Source of the DNA: an uncultured Candidatus Binatia bacterium
GTDB taxonomy: Bacteria; Desulfobacterota; Binatia; UBA9968; CAXXLF01
Direction of reading: 5' to 3'
Assembly: GCA_965215595.1 (NCBI GenBank)
Contig: CBDCDW010000003.1
Span: 401,680 to 465,679, forward strand
Length of the DNA: 64,000 nucleotides
Shown: positions 10,212 to 19,971 of the stretch, one piece after another
Position numbering within the stretch: the first letter of the stretch is position 1
Layout: each line of letters opens with the position of its first letter
Made by a program: the position numbers and the translations under genes
The notes under the pieces: model-generated
Databases searched by the model: none
The model's input: the letters and a program-made list of their open reading frames with translations, nothing else
What the model was told of the DNA's origin: nothing

Positions 10212-12464
10212 ATGAAGAAATCAGTGCTCGGACAAGCGATTGCCCGTGTGGAAGGTGTCAGTAAAGTGACCGGGGCTTGCCAGTATTCGGCGGACATCCA
10301 CCGCCCGGATGCCCTCTGGGGTGGATTCCTACGAAGTCCATACCCCCATGCTCGGATCTTGAATGTGGATGTGAGTAAAGCCCAGAGGCATTCAGGGGTC
10401 GCTACCGTACTTACGGCCGGAGATGTTTCGCCTCGACTCGAGGGGTTTGCTCTGCGGGACCAACCCATATTCGCAAGGGACCGCGTGCGTTATATCGGTG
10501 AGAAGGTGGCGGCTATCGCCGCTTTGGATAAGGAAGCCCTGGAGGAGGCGCTGCAGCTCATTGCTGTCGAATATGAAGAGCTACCGGCTGTTTTTGATCC
10601 CATGGAGGCTATGGAACCGGACGCTCCCGTTCTCCACCCCGATTACGACAGCTATAAGGGTCCCTTCAAGGAGTCTTCTTCCCGCAACGTCCGCTCAGCC
10701 CACCGCTCCAACAAGGGTAACATCGAAGAAGGATTCAAGGAGGCAGACTATATCTTTGAGAATACATTCCGCACCCAGATGGTTCATCAGGGTTATATTG
10801 AACCTCGTGCCGGCGTTGTAGAGATGGATTCCCAGGGCCGGGTCTCTATCTGGCATTGCCATCAGGCGCCCTTCCTCGTTCGGCGATGGTTGGCCGCGCA
10901 TACGGACATCCCCGAAGAGAGGATTGTCGTTCATCCCGTATCCACGGGAGGCTCTTTCGGGGGGAAGTTGGGCTACGACGATGTCCTCTACATTTATTAC
11001 CTGGCCCGGGCCACTGGTAAGCCGGTCAAGGTTGTGAATCATTATTCGGAAGACCTTTCAGACGGTGAACCCCGTCATGCAGGTGTGGTTAAACTGCGTA
11101 CAGGTGTGAAGAGCGACGGGCGATTGTGGGCCTGGGATGGCCAGATCGTCTACAACGGGGGTGCTTACGGATCGCGCAATCCTCAAAACGCCATGACGGG
11201 AACATTCATGCTGGCAGGGTCCTATCGTACCCCTAATGTTCGCATGGAGGGTTTGATCGTCTACACCAATCAGGTTCCGTGCGGATATTTTAGAGCGCCT
11301 GGAGAGGTGCAGTCTCTGTTCGCTGTTGAGAGTCACATGGACATGATGGCGGAAAAGCTGGGGATGGATCCACTGGAGTTCCGCTTGCGTAATGTTCTTC
11401 AGGAAGGTGACAGTCAGCCCAGTGAACGACCTCTGCGTGATCCGCAAGGCCGGGAGGTTCTCGAGCGAGTTGCTAAACTCACACGATGGCGGAATCTTAG
11501 ACCTGGTGGATCCAAGGATCGGTCTCGTGTTCTTAAGGGACGTGGTTTGAGCATGGGAAACCATCACATTGGACCGGGTGAATCGACGGCGGAGCTTTTT
11601 CTCCAACCCGATGGATTCCTACGATTGGTAACTTCGGTTCGGGATGTAGGGGTGGGTGCCCACACGATGCACAAGCAGGTGGTGGCGGAAACCGTGGGTG
11701 TGGATCCGGACGTGGTCCAAATCGACCTACAGGGCACCGATAGCGGGGTCTACGACGGGGGAATACGAGCGCAAAGGGGAGTGCACATTGAAGGACGGGC
11801 GGTCGCCTGGGCTGCGGAGTCCATGATCGACCAGTTACGCAATTTGGCCGCTACCATCTGGAAGGTTGAGATGGAAGGAGTGCGGTGGGAAAGAGGTCGA
11901 GCCTGGATTGCAGGCTCAAAGAAAAGATTCTTGACGCTACAGGAGTTGGCGGGTCAACCTAGGGAAATTCCACTCAAAGGAGTTGGATATTGCGAGGATA
12001 GGGCCTCCGATCTGTATTCTTTTTATGCGGTGGTGGTTGACGTGGAAGTGGACTCAGAAACCGGTCAGGTCAAGCTTGAGCAGATCCATTTTGCCATCGA
12101 CGTGACGAAAGTGATCAACCCAGTCATCCATCAGGGACAGATCGACGGTGGGATTATGCAGGGTGTTGGCTTTAGCTTGATGGAGAGTCTGGAGGTGGAT
12201 GATGGTCGGATCACAACCCTCAATTTGGGCGACTACAAAATTCCCAATATTCGTGACGTCCCAAGATTGACCACATCCCATGTGATCGCGAACGCTGGAC
12301 CAGGACCTTTCGGTGCCAAGGCAGTCGCCGAGTGTGGTATCGGTGTCATAGCTCCAGCCATAGCCAATGCCGTGTATAATGCCACAGGTGTGAGAATTAT
12401 GGACGCTCCGATTACATCCGAAAAGATCATGCAGGCTCTCAACGAGGGCAGGGCATCCCATTGA
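10212..12464 (+). CDS. Xanthine dehydrogenase family molybdopterin-binding subunit
   Basis: RSPYPHARI, HQGYIEP, GGSFGGK, YFRAPG, GQIDGG and GAKAVAE motifs. Confidence 0.93.
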   Translation: MKKSVLGQAIARVEGVSKVTGACQYSADIHRPDALWGGFLRSPYPHARILNVDVSKAQRHSGVATVLTAGDVSPRLEGFALRDQPIFARDRVRYIGEKVAAIAALDKEALEEALQLIAVEYEELPAVFDPMEAMEPDAPVLHPDYDSYKGPFKESSSRNVRSAHRSNKGNIEEGFKEADYIFENTFRTQMVHQGYIEPRAGVVEMDSQGRVSIWHCHQAPFLVRRWLAAHTDIPEERIVVHPVSTGGSFGGKLGYDDVLYIYYLARATGKPVKVVNHYSEDLSDGEPRHAGVVKLRTGVKSDGRLWAWDGQIVYNGGAYGSRNPQNAMTGTFMLAGSYRTPNVRMEGLIVYTNQVPCGYFRAPGEVQSLFAVESHMDMMAEKLGMDPLEFRLRNVLQEGDSQPSERPLRDPQGREVLERVAKLTRWRNLRPGGSKDRSRVLKGRGLSMGNHHIGPGESTAELFLQPDGFLRLVTSVRDVGVGAHTMHKQVVAETVGVDPDVVQIDLQGTDSGVYDGGIRAQRGVHIEGRAVAWAAESMIDQLRNLAATIWKVEMEGVRWERGRAWIAGSKKRFLTLQELAGQPREIPLKGVGYCEDRASDLYSFYAVVVDVEVDSETGQVKLEQIHFAIDVTKVINPVIHQGQIDGGIMQGVGFSLMESLEVDDGRITTLNLGDYKIPNIRDVPRLTTSHVIANAGPGPFGAKAVAECGIGVIAPAIANAVYNATGVRIMDAPITSEKIMQALNEGRASH

Positions 12465-12497
12465 GGTGAACGTTAATCAAATAAGAGGATAAACCTT

Positions 12498-13244
12498 ATG
12501 AGATTAGAGAACAAGGTATCCCTGGTTACAGGTGTTGATTCCGAAATAGGGCAGGCCATTGCTGGAACTCTTGCTCGAGAGGGATCCAAGATTGCCGGAT
12601 GTTACAAATCTTTGGAGCAGGCGCAGGAGACCCTTCGCTCCGTCGAGGCCCTGAGCGGGAGCTGTACACTGTTGGCAGGAGAAGTGAGCCGCCCAGAGGA
12701 TGCGGAATCCATTGTCAAGAATACAGTTAAACAGTTTGGCCGGATCGATATTTTGGTGAACTATGGCGCCACTCGGCGTGTGGTGGGTTCGGTGATGGAC
12801 ATTGCGGAAAAAGATTTTGACGAGGAGATGACCGCAGATCTGAAAGGCCTTATCACGCTTTCCCGCACTGCCATTCCCGTCATGGCCAATGGGGGTGGAG
12901 GAGCCATCGTTAACCTATCTTCCATTGCCGGCTCGGGGGTTAAAGGTCGAGCCCTTCGATCCGCAAGCAAGGCGGCGGTAAATGCCCTTACGGTAGCCAT
13001 GGCTTCCGACCACGGGCATCAAAATATCAGGGTCAATGCGGTCTTGGTCGGACCGACTCTCACTGCACCGATCCGACAGAGACCAGAACAGCTAAAGCAA
13101 CTTGAAGAGGATGCGGTGTTAAAGAGACTCCATACGCCTGAAGATGTGGGCGCTGCGGTTTTATTTCTAGCTTCGGACGATGCCAGAAACATTACCGGTG
13201 TCCTGTTACCCCTGGATGCCGGTAGATCGCTTCCTACCTATTAA
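12498..13244 (+). CDS. SDR-family oxidoreductase-like protein with atypical catalytic residues
   Basis: FGRIDILVN, GAIVNLSS and IRVNAV motifs; YxxxK appears as RSASK. Confidence 0.85.
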   Translation: MRLENKVSLVTGVDSEIGQAIAGTLAREGSKIAGCYKSLEQAQETLRSVEALSGSCTLLAGEVSRPEDAESIVKNTVKQFGRIDILVNYGATRRVVGSVMDIAEKDFDEEMTADLKGLITLSRTAIPVMANGGGGAIVNLSSIAGSGVKGRALRSASKAAVNALTVAMASDHGHQNIRVNAVLVGPTLTAPIRQRPEQLKQLEEDAVLKRLHTPEDVGAAVLFLASDDARNITGVLLPLDAGRSLPTY

Positions 13245-13304
13245 AAGTCGAGATACGTACCAAATTTTGGCTTGAGTGTGGATTGAATAGGACTCCGGGG
13301 CTCC

Positions 13305-13526
13305 GTGCTCCTCGGTTAACGAGTCGTCAGACCGTGGGCAATATATCTGTACCAAGAGGGCTTCGGCACTCCCCTCGTTCCACGGGACTCCCGCAGCGAC
13401 CCACCGGGCCTGCGCTCGCACGAACCTTCCGGATCTCAGATTAGCCGTGGGCGGACTCCGGCTTTCATGCGGCGCCGACCACGGTGGGTATCCCGCTGCT
13501 CCGTCCATGTTCCTCTCGGGGAGCAC
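13305..13526. ncRNA. Candidate structured non-coding RNA, unassigned
   Basis: Closing stem GTGCTCCTCG/CGGGGAGCAC with nested stems GAGTC/GACTC, CCGTGG/CCACGG, GCAGCG/CGCTGC, ACCCACCG/CGGTGGGT, AGCCG/CGGCT. Confidence 0.45.
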
Positions 13527-13557
13527 CTTCAGCCAGTTCTGACTTCGTTTCTTTCTC

Positions 13558-13592
13558 CACTTAGTACTCAGCACTCGTTACTCATTGCTCAC
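13558..13592 (-). repeat. Degenerate heptamer tandem repeat (5 units)
   Basis: Minus strand reads TGAGCAA TGAGTAA CGAGTGC TGAGTAC TAAGTGG. Confidence 0.55.
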
Positions 13593-13883
13593 CTTGGGGC
13601 GAAGGGGGCCTGGCACGAATAAAGGGAGACGTCCGATACTATACGCTAATGCCAATTTGGGCTGTCGAATCAAATGACGGGGCCTCGAGTAATAAACCCA
13701 TCGGCTCCCACTGAGGGGCAGGGCCGCGAGCCGCCATGCGTGGCTTTCCGTTTCTAGGCGAAAGGGGCTGAGAGGTACTGGGAGCTGAAATGCGTGGACC
13801 AAAGTTTGGTTGAGAAGAGAATCCCTCTATGCTATCGTTGTGCGTTGATCAATTGTAGAATGTCTGCCAAACGGAGGTTCTCT

Positions 13884-14987
13884 ATGGCTATTGCAGCGGC
13901 TAAGAAAATAATCGGAAACGAGCTCGGATGTATCAGTGCCTATGATCAATTTCTGAAAGAGGAAAATTTACCCGTGGTGGGTGGGTTTTTTATCCCGGAC
14001 GTACGCAAGGTAGAGTTAGCTCCCTGGAAGCGGATGGGTGCCATGGGCTCCTATTTGAATCTGGAAGGAAGCCAAGGAGTCAACGACAGCTTTATCCTGG
14101 AGATTCCACCCGGTAAGTCGACCAATCCGCAAAAGCATATGTATGAACAATTCATATTCGTAGTGAGCGGTCGAGGAGCGACTACGGTGTGGACGGACGA
14201 AAGTAAAAAACAGACCTTTGAGTGGCAAGAGGGGAGCCTCTTTTCGACACCACTGAACGTCCACTATCAGCACTTCAACGGTCAGGGGAACGAGCCGGTG
14301 AGGTTTCTGGGCATGACCGATGCCCCCACGGTAATGAATTTATTCCATAACCAGGATTTTATCTTTAATTGTGACCATGTCTTCAACGACCGATACACCG
14401 GCGAGGATGATTTCTTCAGCGGTAAGGGTCAGTTTCTTGCGGAGAGGTTCTGGGAAAGCAACTTCATCCAGGACGTAAAAGGGTTTCAATTGAAGGATCA
14501 GAGCGCCCGCGGTGCAGGCGGCACTGGGATCATGCTCGAAATCGGCAACAACGTGATGTCCTCTCATATCTCGGAATTTCCCGTGGGCACGTACAAAAAA
14601 GCCCACCGCCATGGCGCCGGCGCCCATGTCATCATTCTCAGGGGCGAAGGATATTCGATGATGTGGCCGGAAGGAGACAAATTCGAGAGATACGACTGGC
14701 ACGATATGAGCCTATTTGTCCCTCCCGAGATGTGGTATCACCAACATTTTAATAAAGGTGCCCATTCGGCCCGTTATCTGGCATTGAAGCCATTCACCAG
14801 TAGGAAATTCCCCGGTCTGAAAAAACAGTTTGGTACCTCGGAGGACGTGAAACAAGGCGGAAGCCAGCTCGAGTATGAAGACGAGAGTCCGGAAATCCGT
14901 AGGATTTTTGAGGCAGAGCTGGCAAAGATCGGCGCCCCAAGTCACATGGATGAGGTGCTCAAGGGGATCCAAAAGAAGTCCGCTTAA
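13884..14987 (+). CDS. Bicupin protein (gentisate 1,2-dioxygenase-like fold), paralogue 1
   Basis: KHMYEQ...QHFN and AHRHGAGAH...WYHQHFN motifs; ATG at 13884 behind GGAGG. Confidence 0.85.
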   Translation: MAIAAAKKIIGNELGCISAYDQFLKEENLPVVGGFFIPDVRKVELAPWKRMGAMGSYLNLEGSQGVNDSFILEIPPGKSTNPQKHMYEQFIFVVSGRGATTVWTDESKKQTFEWQEGSLFSTPLNVHYQHFNGQGNEPVRFLGMTDAPTVMNLFHNQDFIFNCDHVFNDRYTGEDDFFSGKGQFLAERFWESNFIQDVKGFQLKDQSARGAGGTGIMLEIGNNVMSSHISEFPVGTYKKAHRHGAGAHVIILRGEGYSMMWPEGDKFERYDWHDMSLFVPPEMWYHQHFNKGAHSARYLALKPFTSRKFPGLKKQFGTSEDVKQGGSQLEYEDESPEIRRIFEAELAKIGAPSHMDEVLKGIQKKSA

Positions 14988-14997
14988 GCAGAGCTGT

Positions 14998-15867
14998 TTA
15001 GGTATCGTTTTCCTCGAAATCGATCACGATCTGCCAATTGTGATCGGAAAATACTTGGTGAGCCGCTTCGGCACCGGGTAGTGTTAGCCCCAGTTCCTTT
15101 GCCATCTTGAGCGCGGTGCCTGTTCGGCCGGGTCGAAGGTTGAGTCTATACTTACTCTTTCCTTGGTTGAATACGCCGTCCACGAGTTCATCCAGTCGCC
15201 AGGTTTGGGCGCAGCCGGCGGAGGCTGCGCGGGCGAACTTTTTCAGAGGCAAATTTACTTCCTTTGCCAGACGTAGCCCTTCATGGATGGCTAGTTCACT
15301 CATGGCTTGCATCAGTTGATTGATGCGTTTCCCCAGTTGTCCGTTCCCATTCTTGCCAAGGTGGGTGACCATTCGCCCCACCTGTTGGAGCACGGGTAAG
15401 GACCGTTGATAGGCTTCATAGCTTCCTCCCACAAAGATGGTGAGGTTGCCGTTGGTGGCGCCGATATCGGCTCCACTCACGGGTGCGTCCAGCATTTCGA
15501 TTCCTCGACTTCGTAGGTCGTCGGAGACCTTGATCGCCATTTCAGGAGGAGTGCTGCTAAGGTCTACGAAAACAAGGCCAGCCTTTCCCCCCGCTGCAAT
15601 GCCATCCTTGCCACAGGCCACATCTTCTAGGGATTCCGCTTGGAGTGATGCTAGAATGACACTAGCTTTCCTTGCAATTTCCTTAGGCGACGAGGCCCGT
15701 GAAGCACCTTCTTTGAGTAGCGGTGCCATCTTTTGATTGTCCAAATCGCAGACAGTCATCCGGTAGCCGGCGCGCAAAAGACGTAGGGCAATGGCGCCGC
15801 CCATATTCCCCAGGCCAATGAAACCAATATGCTCAGCTGGGATCATCAAGTTTCCAGGATTGGCCAA
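14998..15867 (-). CDS. NAD(P)-dependent beta-hydroxyacid dehydrogenase family protein
   Basis: IGFIGLGNMG, DLSS and LDAPVSG motifs. Confidence 0.9.
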   Translation of the reverse strand: MANPGNLMIPAEHIGFIGLGNMGGAIALRLLRAGYRMTVCDLDNQKMAPLLKEGASRASSPKEIARKASVILASLQAESLEDVACGKDGIAAGGKAGLVFVDLSSTPPEMAIKVSDDLRSRGIEMLDAPVSGADIGATNGNLTIFVGGSYEAYQRSLPVLQQVGRMVTHLGKNGNGQLGKRINQLMQAMSELAIHEGLRLAKEVNLPLKKFARAASAGCAQTWRLDELVDGVFNQGKSKYRLNLRPGRTGTALKMAKELGLTLPGAEAAHQVFSDHNWQIVIDFEENDT

Positions 15868-15875
15868 CCAATTGA

Positions 15876-17093
15876 TTAGCCGGCCTCTTTCAGGTCGTTT
15901 TGGAGTTCCGGTAGAAGATCTCTAACTTCTTCCGGAGGATTGTTCATCTCAAACTCTTCAAATCCGATGTCTAGATCGATCCGATCCAGTTCCTTCTCCA
16001 ACACGCCCTTGGGTCTTCGGCCGTTGGCCACATCGGCAATGCCCTCGCGGATCATTTTTCGCAGCATTAAAATTACGCGGTCACCATATCCCGGATGCTC
16101 AAGGTTCCGATCCACGATGGGTCCCTGGCTTTCCACCATGGCCTTGTCTTCCAAAGGAACGTTGCCTCGAATGTCACCGTAAAACCGCCGATCGTAGGGT
16201 TTTCGCTCCCTCGTTTTGGCCTTGTCCATGGCCGCTCCGTAATACCTTTTATCCTGTGGTTCATCAGGATAGACGGTCAGCCTCATCTCTGAACACTCGG
16301 TGTCGTTGATGGGGATGAGCCATATGGCCTGCTGGATGTTTCCCTTTGCCCTTCCAGGAGCCTTTGTCCCGGTTTCCTCTCTCGACTTTCGACTCATGGT
16401 GGGGAGCACTGTAGTCCTCTTGCGTAATTTCACCGTATTGGGTTTCTTTCCTGGATCTACGATATAGATCTTGACGCCGTAATCGCCTTCAGTTGATTTA
16501 TATATTGGACACCGATTGTATATCCCATGCAAAAAGGCCAAATGTGAGGTATCTGTAGTGTTTTCTACCCCCTGAAGCCAATTGCATTTGTATGCTTTCC
16601 CTAATTCGGTGTCCCCGCGTTCCGCCACTCGAAATCCATCCTGTACCAGGATGTCATACCGGGGAAGAGGGGGCGGGCTTTCCTTGTCAGGGCCCAAGTA
16701 GCCAAAGACGAAGCCACCCAGTTCCTTGGCCACGTACCAATTCTGGCGAATCTGGTCCGTTGTTTTAATGGGTTCCGCTGGACGGTCGAGGATCATTCCC
16801 TGGCGGCTGATATACCAACCATGATAGGCGCACCGAATTCCCTGTTCCTCGATTCTCCCGTACTCCAGCGATGCCCTACGGTGTGGGCAGTGGGCGTCTA
16901 GCAGGACCAAATGCCCCGAGAGATCTCTGAACAGCACCAGTTCCTCTCCCAATATTCTGACAGGTACCGGGATGTCTTGCACTTCTTCGGATAACGCGAC
17001 AGGCCACCAAAAAGAGCGTAGGTATTGGCCACCCAAAGTCCCTGGGCCAACGCGAACCACATCGTCCCACGAAAGGTCACTTGCCTTGATCAT
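15876..17093 (-). CDS. Rieske oxygenase alpha subunit (phthalate 4,5-dioxygenase-like group)
   Basis: CPHR...CAYHGW; NWLQGVENTTDTSHLAFLH; EDKAMVESQG. Confidence 0.92.
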   Translation of the reverse strand: MIKASDLSWDDVVRVGPGTLGGQYLRSFWWPVALSEEVQDIPVPVRILGEELVLFRDLSGHLVLLDAHCPHRRASLEYGRIEEQGIRCAYHGWYISRQGMILDRPAEPIKTTDQIRQNWYVAKELGGFVFGYLGPDKESPPPLPRYDILVQDGFRVAERGDTELGKAYKCNWLQGVENTTDTSHLAFLHGIYNRCPIYKSTEGDYGVKIYIVDPGKKPNTVKLRKRTTVLPTMSRKSREETGTKAPGRAKGNIQQAIWLIPINDTECSEMRLTVYPDEPQDKRYYGAAMDKAKTRERKPYDRRFYGDIRGNVPLEDKAMVESQGPIVDRNLEHPGYGDRVILMLRKMIREGIADVANGRRPKGVLEKELDRIDLDIGFEEFEMNNPPEEVRDLLPELQNDLKEAG

Positions 17094-17135
17094 TTTTGTG
17101 CCTCCCTAAGTCTTCACGGCAATAAGGCGTTCAGG

Positions 17136-18341
17136 TTAAGCGAGTTCTTGCTCTTCATTCCCTCTAATACAGACCATCTCGTTTTTATGTTCGTCTCGAA
17201 TGATATGCTTTGGATCACGACCGTTTTGAACGTCTTCGATCGCAAGTAGCATAATGACACGCATGGCCGTCAACACTTTATCCAGAGCCCCTAGGTGTTC
17301 CCGGGTTCGATCCACTATGGCGCCCTGGGATTCGTTGACCATGTTGTCCTGGCAAAGGAAGCCTTTAATGGCGGATTGTGATGTCCTGAGCGGGATCCCC
17401 GAGAGAGTGTCCACCTTCTCATAGTTTCTGAAGTAGTCATTTTCGGGTCCTGGTTGGATGAAATCGCCGGCCGGCGGCCATTCATAGGGGTTGCCATTTT
17501 CCAGGAGAGGGGAGAAAGCTGCCTGGTATCGTATTGTGTGGGTGTCGTCCATGGGGACATACCACGATTGAAACTTTTGGATCAGGCCTTTCTGGAAGCG
17601 GCTCTCCTGAATTCTAACGAAGCCGGTGGGCATGAAAAAGTGGGCATAGACAGGGATCAATGCGCCTGTCGTGGCTGCCTGGATATGGGACATGGCTGTT
17701 TGCCAGATTCCATAGTGAGTTTCATTGAATTGAATCTCCCGCTTGGGCATCGCGGCGAGCTTGTGCTTCATCTTGGACCAGTTGTCAATGTGGAGAAACG
17801 AGGCGTGGGAGGTATCCAGTGCCCCCTCCACGTTTTGCAGATAGTTGCTGTTGATCTGGTAGTAGTCTACCTTACGACTCCCATCCTCTCGTACTAAGGT
17901 TTCATATCTCGGCAAGAGCGGCATCTTATCCCTTGGTCCCAGATAGGCGAAAATCATACCGCCCAGCTCCTGGCAGGGGTAGGCGGGGTGGCGGACCCGG
18001 TCTTTGATGGTTGAGTCAGGCTCGGCAGGTTGCTCCAGGCATTTGCCCTCCAGATCATAGAGCCAGCCGTGGAAGGGACAGCGAATGCCTCCATCTTCAA
18101 CCCGACCGTAGGCCAGGGAGGTGAGGCGATGGGAACAGTTGAGTCCAAGCAGGCCGGGTCGTTCCAGGTCATCACGGTATAAAACCAGGTCTTCACCCAT
18201 GACCTTGACCTGCATGGGTTTACTCCCCGCCGACACCTCGTTGGAAAGACCTACGGGTAACCAGTAGCGGCGCAGCAGTTTTCCGCAGGGCGTTCCCGGT
18301 CCAGTATGGCAAAGGAGTTCGTTTTGTTCCATTGTGAGCAC
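17136..18341 (-). CDS. Rieske oxygenase alpha subunit (phthalate 4,5-dioxygenase-like group)
   Basis: TGPGTPCG..LRRYW; CSHR...CPFHGW; DTSHASFLH; QDNMVNESQG. Confidence 0.92.
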   Translation of the reverse strand: MLTMEQNELLCHTGPGTPCGKLLRRYWLPVGLSNEVSAGSKPMQVKVMGEDLVLYRDDLERPGLLGLNCSHRLTSLAYGRVEDGGIRCPFHGWLYDLEGKCLEQPAEPDSTIKDRVRHPAYPCQELGGMIFAYLGPRDKMPLLPRYETLVREDGSRKVDYYQINSNYLQNVEGALDTSHASFLHIDNWSKMKHKLAAMPKREIQFNETHYGIWQTAMSHIQAATTGALIPVYAHFFMPTGFVRIQESRFQKGLIQKFQSWYVPMDDTHTIRYQAAFSPLLENGNPYEWPPAGDFIQPGPENDYFRNYEKVDTLSGIPLRTSQSAIKGFLCQDNMVNESQGAIVDRTREHLGALDKVLTAMRVIMLLAIEDVQNGRDPKHIIRDEHKNEMVCIRGNEEQELA

Positions 18342-18458
18342 GACGGTGCCCTCCTAGCTCATTGAATCAGCCAGTAAATGCCTAGGTTATTTGAGTTTAC
18401 CCATACCCGAACCCGGGTACGCTGTCAACGAACTCGATCCAAGGCTGAGCAAGTTGAG

Positions 18459-18500
18459 GTTGAAAATGTTCAACATTTTCTGCATATACAATGCTGGCAT
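18459..18500 (+). promoter_or_regulatory. Conserved upstream block with an operator-like palindrome
   Basis: GAAAATGTT-C-AACATTTTC perfect IR followed by TGCATATACA; same layout at 19869-19910. Confidence 0.6.
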
Positions 18501-18562
18501 GGGGTGAGGAGTACGCTGAAGTAAAATGAGACGGAGTCTTATATCATTAGGGAGGAAACGTA

Positions 18563-19699
18563 ATGGCTGATTTCCAAAGATTAATGGTTTCACTACAGAA
18601 GACCGCGTATTTTAAATGGGCAAAGGCTGAAGGCATTCCAATGCTGGAAGGCTACGCCTTGAAAGATGTCCGCGATCTGAAGCTGGCACCGTGGAAGCGC
18701 ACTGGGGGCAACGGAAGCTTTATTCACCTCTACGGGCAGGAGGGGGTTACGGGAATGTATGTCGCCGAGATCCCACCGGGAGGCGCCTTGGAGCCTGAGA
18801 AGCATATTTATGAAGAGTTGATTTGCATATTAGACGGCAATGGGGCTACAGAGGTATGGCAGGAAGGAGCCGAGAAAAAGAAACACCTATTTGAATGGGG
18901 TCCTTTGAGTGTTTTTGCCAATCCGTTGAACACCTGGCACCGTTTGGTGAACGGAGGACGTGAGCCGGTCAAATTTTTGGCGGTTACAAACGCTCCCCTC
19001 ATTATAGATCACTACCGCATACCCGAGTTTGTCTTTAACTGTCCGTATGTATTTTCCGATCGCTTTGCCGGTGAGGAGGGCTACTTCAACGTCACCAACA
19101 AAATCTATGAGTCCGGAATGAGCCATGTGTGGGAGACCAACTTCGTTCCCGATGTAGGCACGGCAAAATTGAATGCTCAAGAGAATAAAGGGGCGGACGT
19201 CAAGATCACTCAGTTTCAAATTGGGGGGAACTCCCTCATAGGACATATCTCACATTGGCCCATGGGTCGGTACCATAAGGCCCATTTTCATGGGTCCGGC
19301 GCCATCTTGCTGGGTCTCCAGTCCGAGGGATACGTTCTTCTTTGGCCCAATGAACTAGGTTCCCAACCCTACACGAGCGGACATGAGGACGAGGTTGTCG
19401 AGGTACAATGGCAGGCGGGGAGCGTCTATTGTCCACCGGCAAACTGGTATCACCAGCACTTCAACACCGGTGCGGGACCCGCGCGGCATCTGGCGCTCCG
19501 CTATGGCGGGCGAGTGTTCCCGACGGGTTTTTTCCTGTCCAGCAAACGTTTTGATGACGGTGTCCTCACTTCGATCAAAAAAGGTGGAACGTTACTCGAG
19601 TATGAGGATGAAGATCCAGAAGTGCGCCGCCGCTTTGAGGCCACACTGGCCAAGAAGGGTATTACGCCCGACATGCCACCGGTAAATATGTCAGCATAG
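18563..19699 (+). CDS. Bicupin protein, type A copy 1
   Basis: KHIYEE and HKAHFHG...WYHQHFN motifs. Confidence 0.85.
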   Translation: MADFQRLMVSLQKTAYFKWAKAEGIPMLEGYALKDVRDLKLAPWKRTGGNGSFIHLYGQEGVTGMYVAEIPPGGALEPEKHIYEELICILDGNGATEVWQEGAEKKKHLFEWGPLSVFANPLNTWHRLVNGGREPVKFLAVTNAPLIIDHYRIPEFVFNCPYVFSDRFAGEEGYFNVTNKIYESGMSHVWETNFVPDVGTAKLNAQENKGADVKITQFQIGGNSLIGHISHWPMGRYHKAHFHGSGAILLGLQSEGYVLLWPNELGSQPYTSGHEDEVVEVQWQAGSVYCPPANWYHQHFNTGAGPARHLALRYGGRVFPTGFFLSSKRFDDGVLTSIKKGGTLLEYEDEDPEVRRRFEATLAKKGITPDMPPVNMSA

Positions 19700-19786
19700 G
19701 GCAAGAAGCAGTTAAAAGCATTGTCTGAGCGGAAGTGTGCTCGTCATTCAGACTGTTGCGGTAGACTAAGTTAGCGGGAGTTTTGG

Positions 19787-19834
19787 ATGAATGAAATAAA
19801 ATGGCCTGTACTTCGACGAGTGGGTGCAACGGGA
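19787..19834 (+). pseudogene. 5' remnant of a type B bicupin gene
   Basis: Encodes MNEIKW, then after a short deletion LYFDEWVQR, matching MAEMKWNCLFYDEWVK of 21187 and 22342; GGGAG RBS. Confidence 0.7.
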
Positions 19835-19868
19835 CCGCATGTCAAAGGGAAAAGCTAATCAATTCATG

Positions 19869-19910
19869 GTTGAAAATAATCAATAATTTGTGCATATACA
19901 GGTGTGGCAT
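19869..19910 (+). promoter_or_regulatory. Second copy of the conserved upstream block
   Basis: GTTGAAAATAATCAATAATTTG-TGCATATACA...TGGCAT with spacing identical to 18459-18500. Confidence 0.6.
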
Positions 19911-19971
19911 AACGATGGGGCTGTGGTGTGTCTGAACAGAGAGTCTTAAATATTACAGGGAGGAATTAGCA

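Noticed and set aside
13305-13345. Hammerhead ribozyme (CTGACGA plus a stem on the minus strand)
   Set aside because: GAGC stands where the GAAA core is required
13712-13735. FMN riboswitch-like words GGGGCAGGG and CCGCGAGCC
   Set aside because: The intervening and downstream conserved FMN elements are absent
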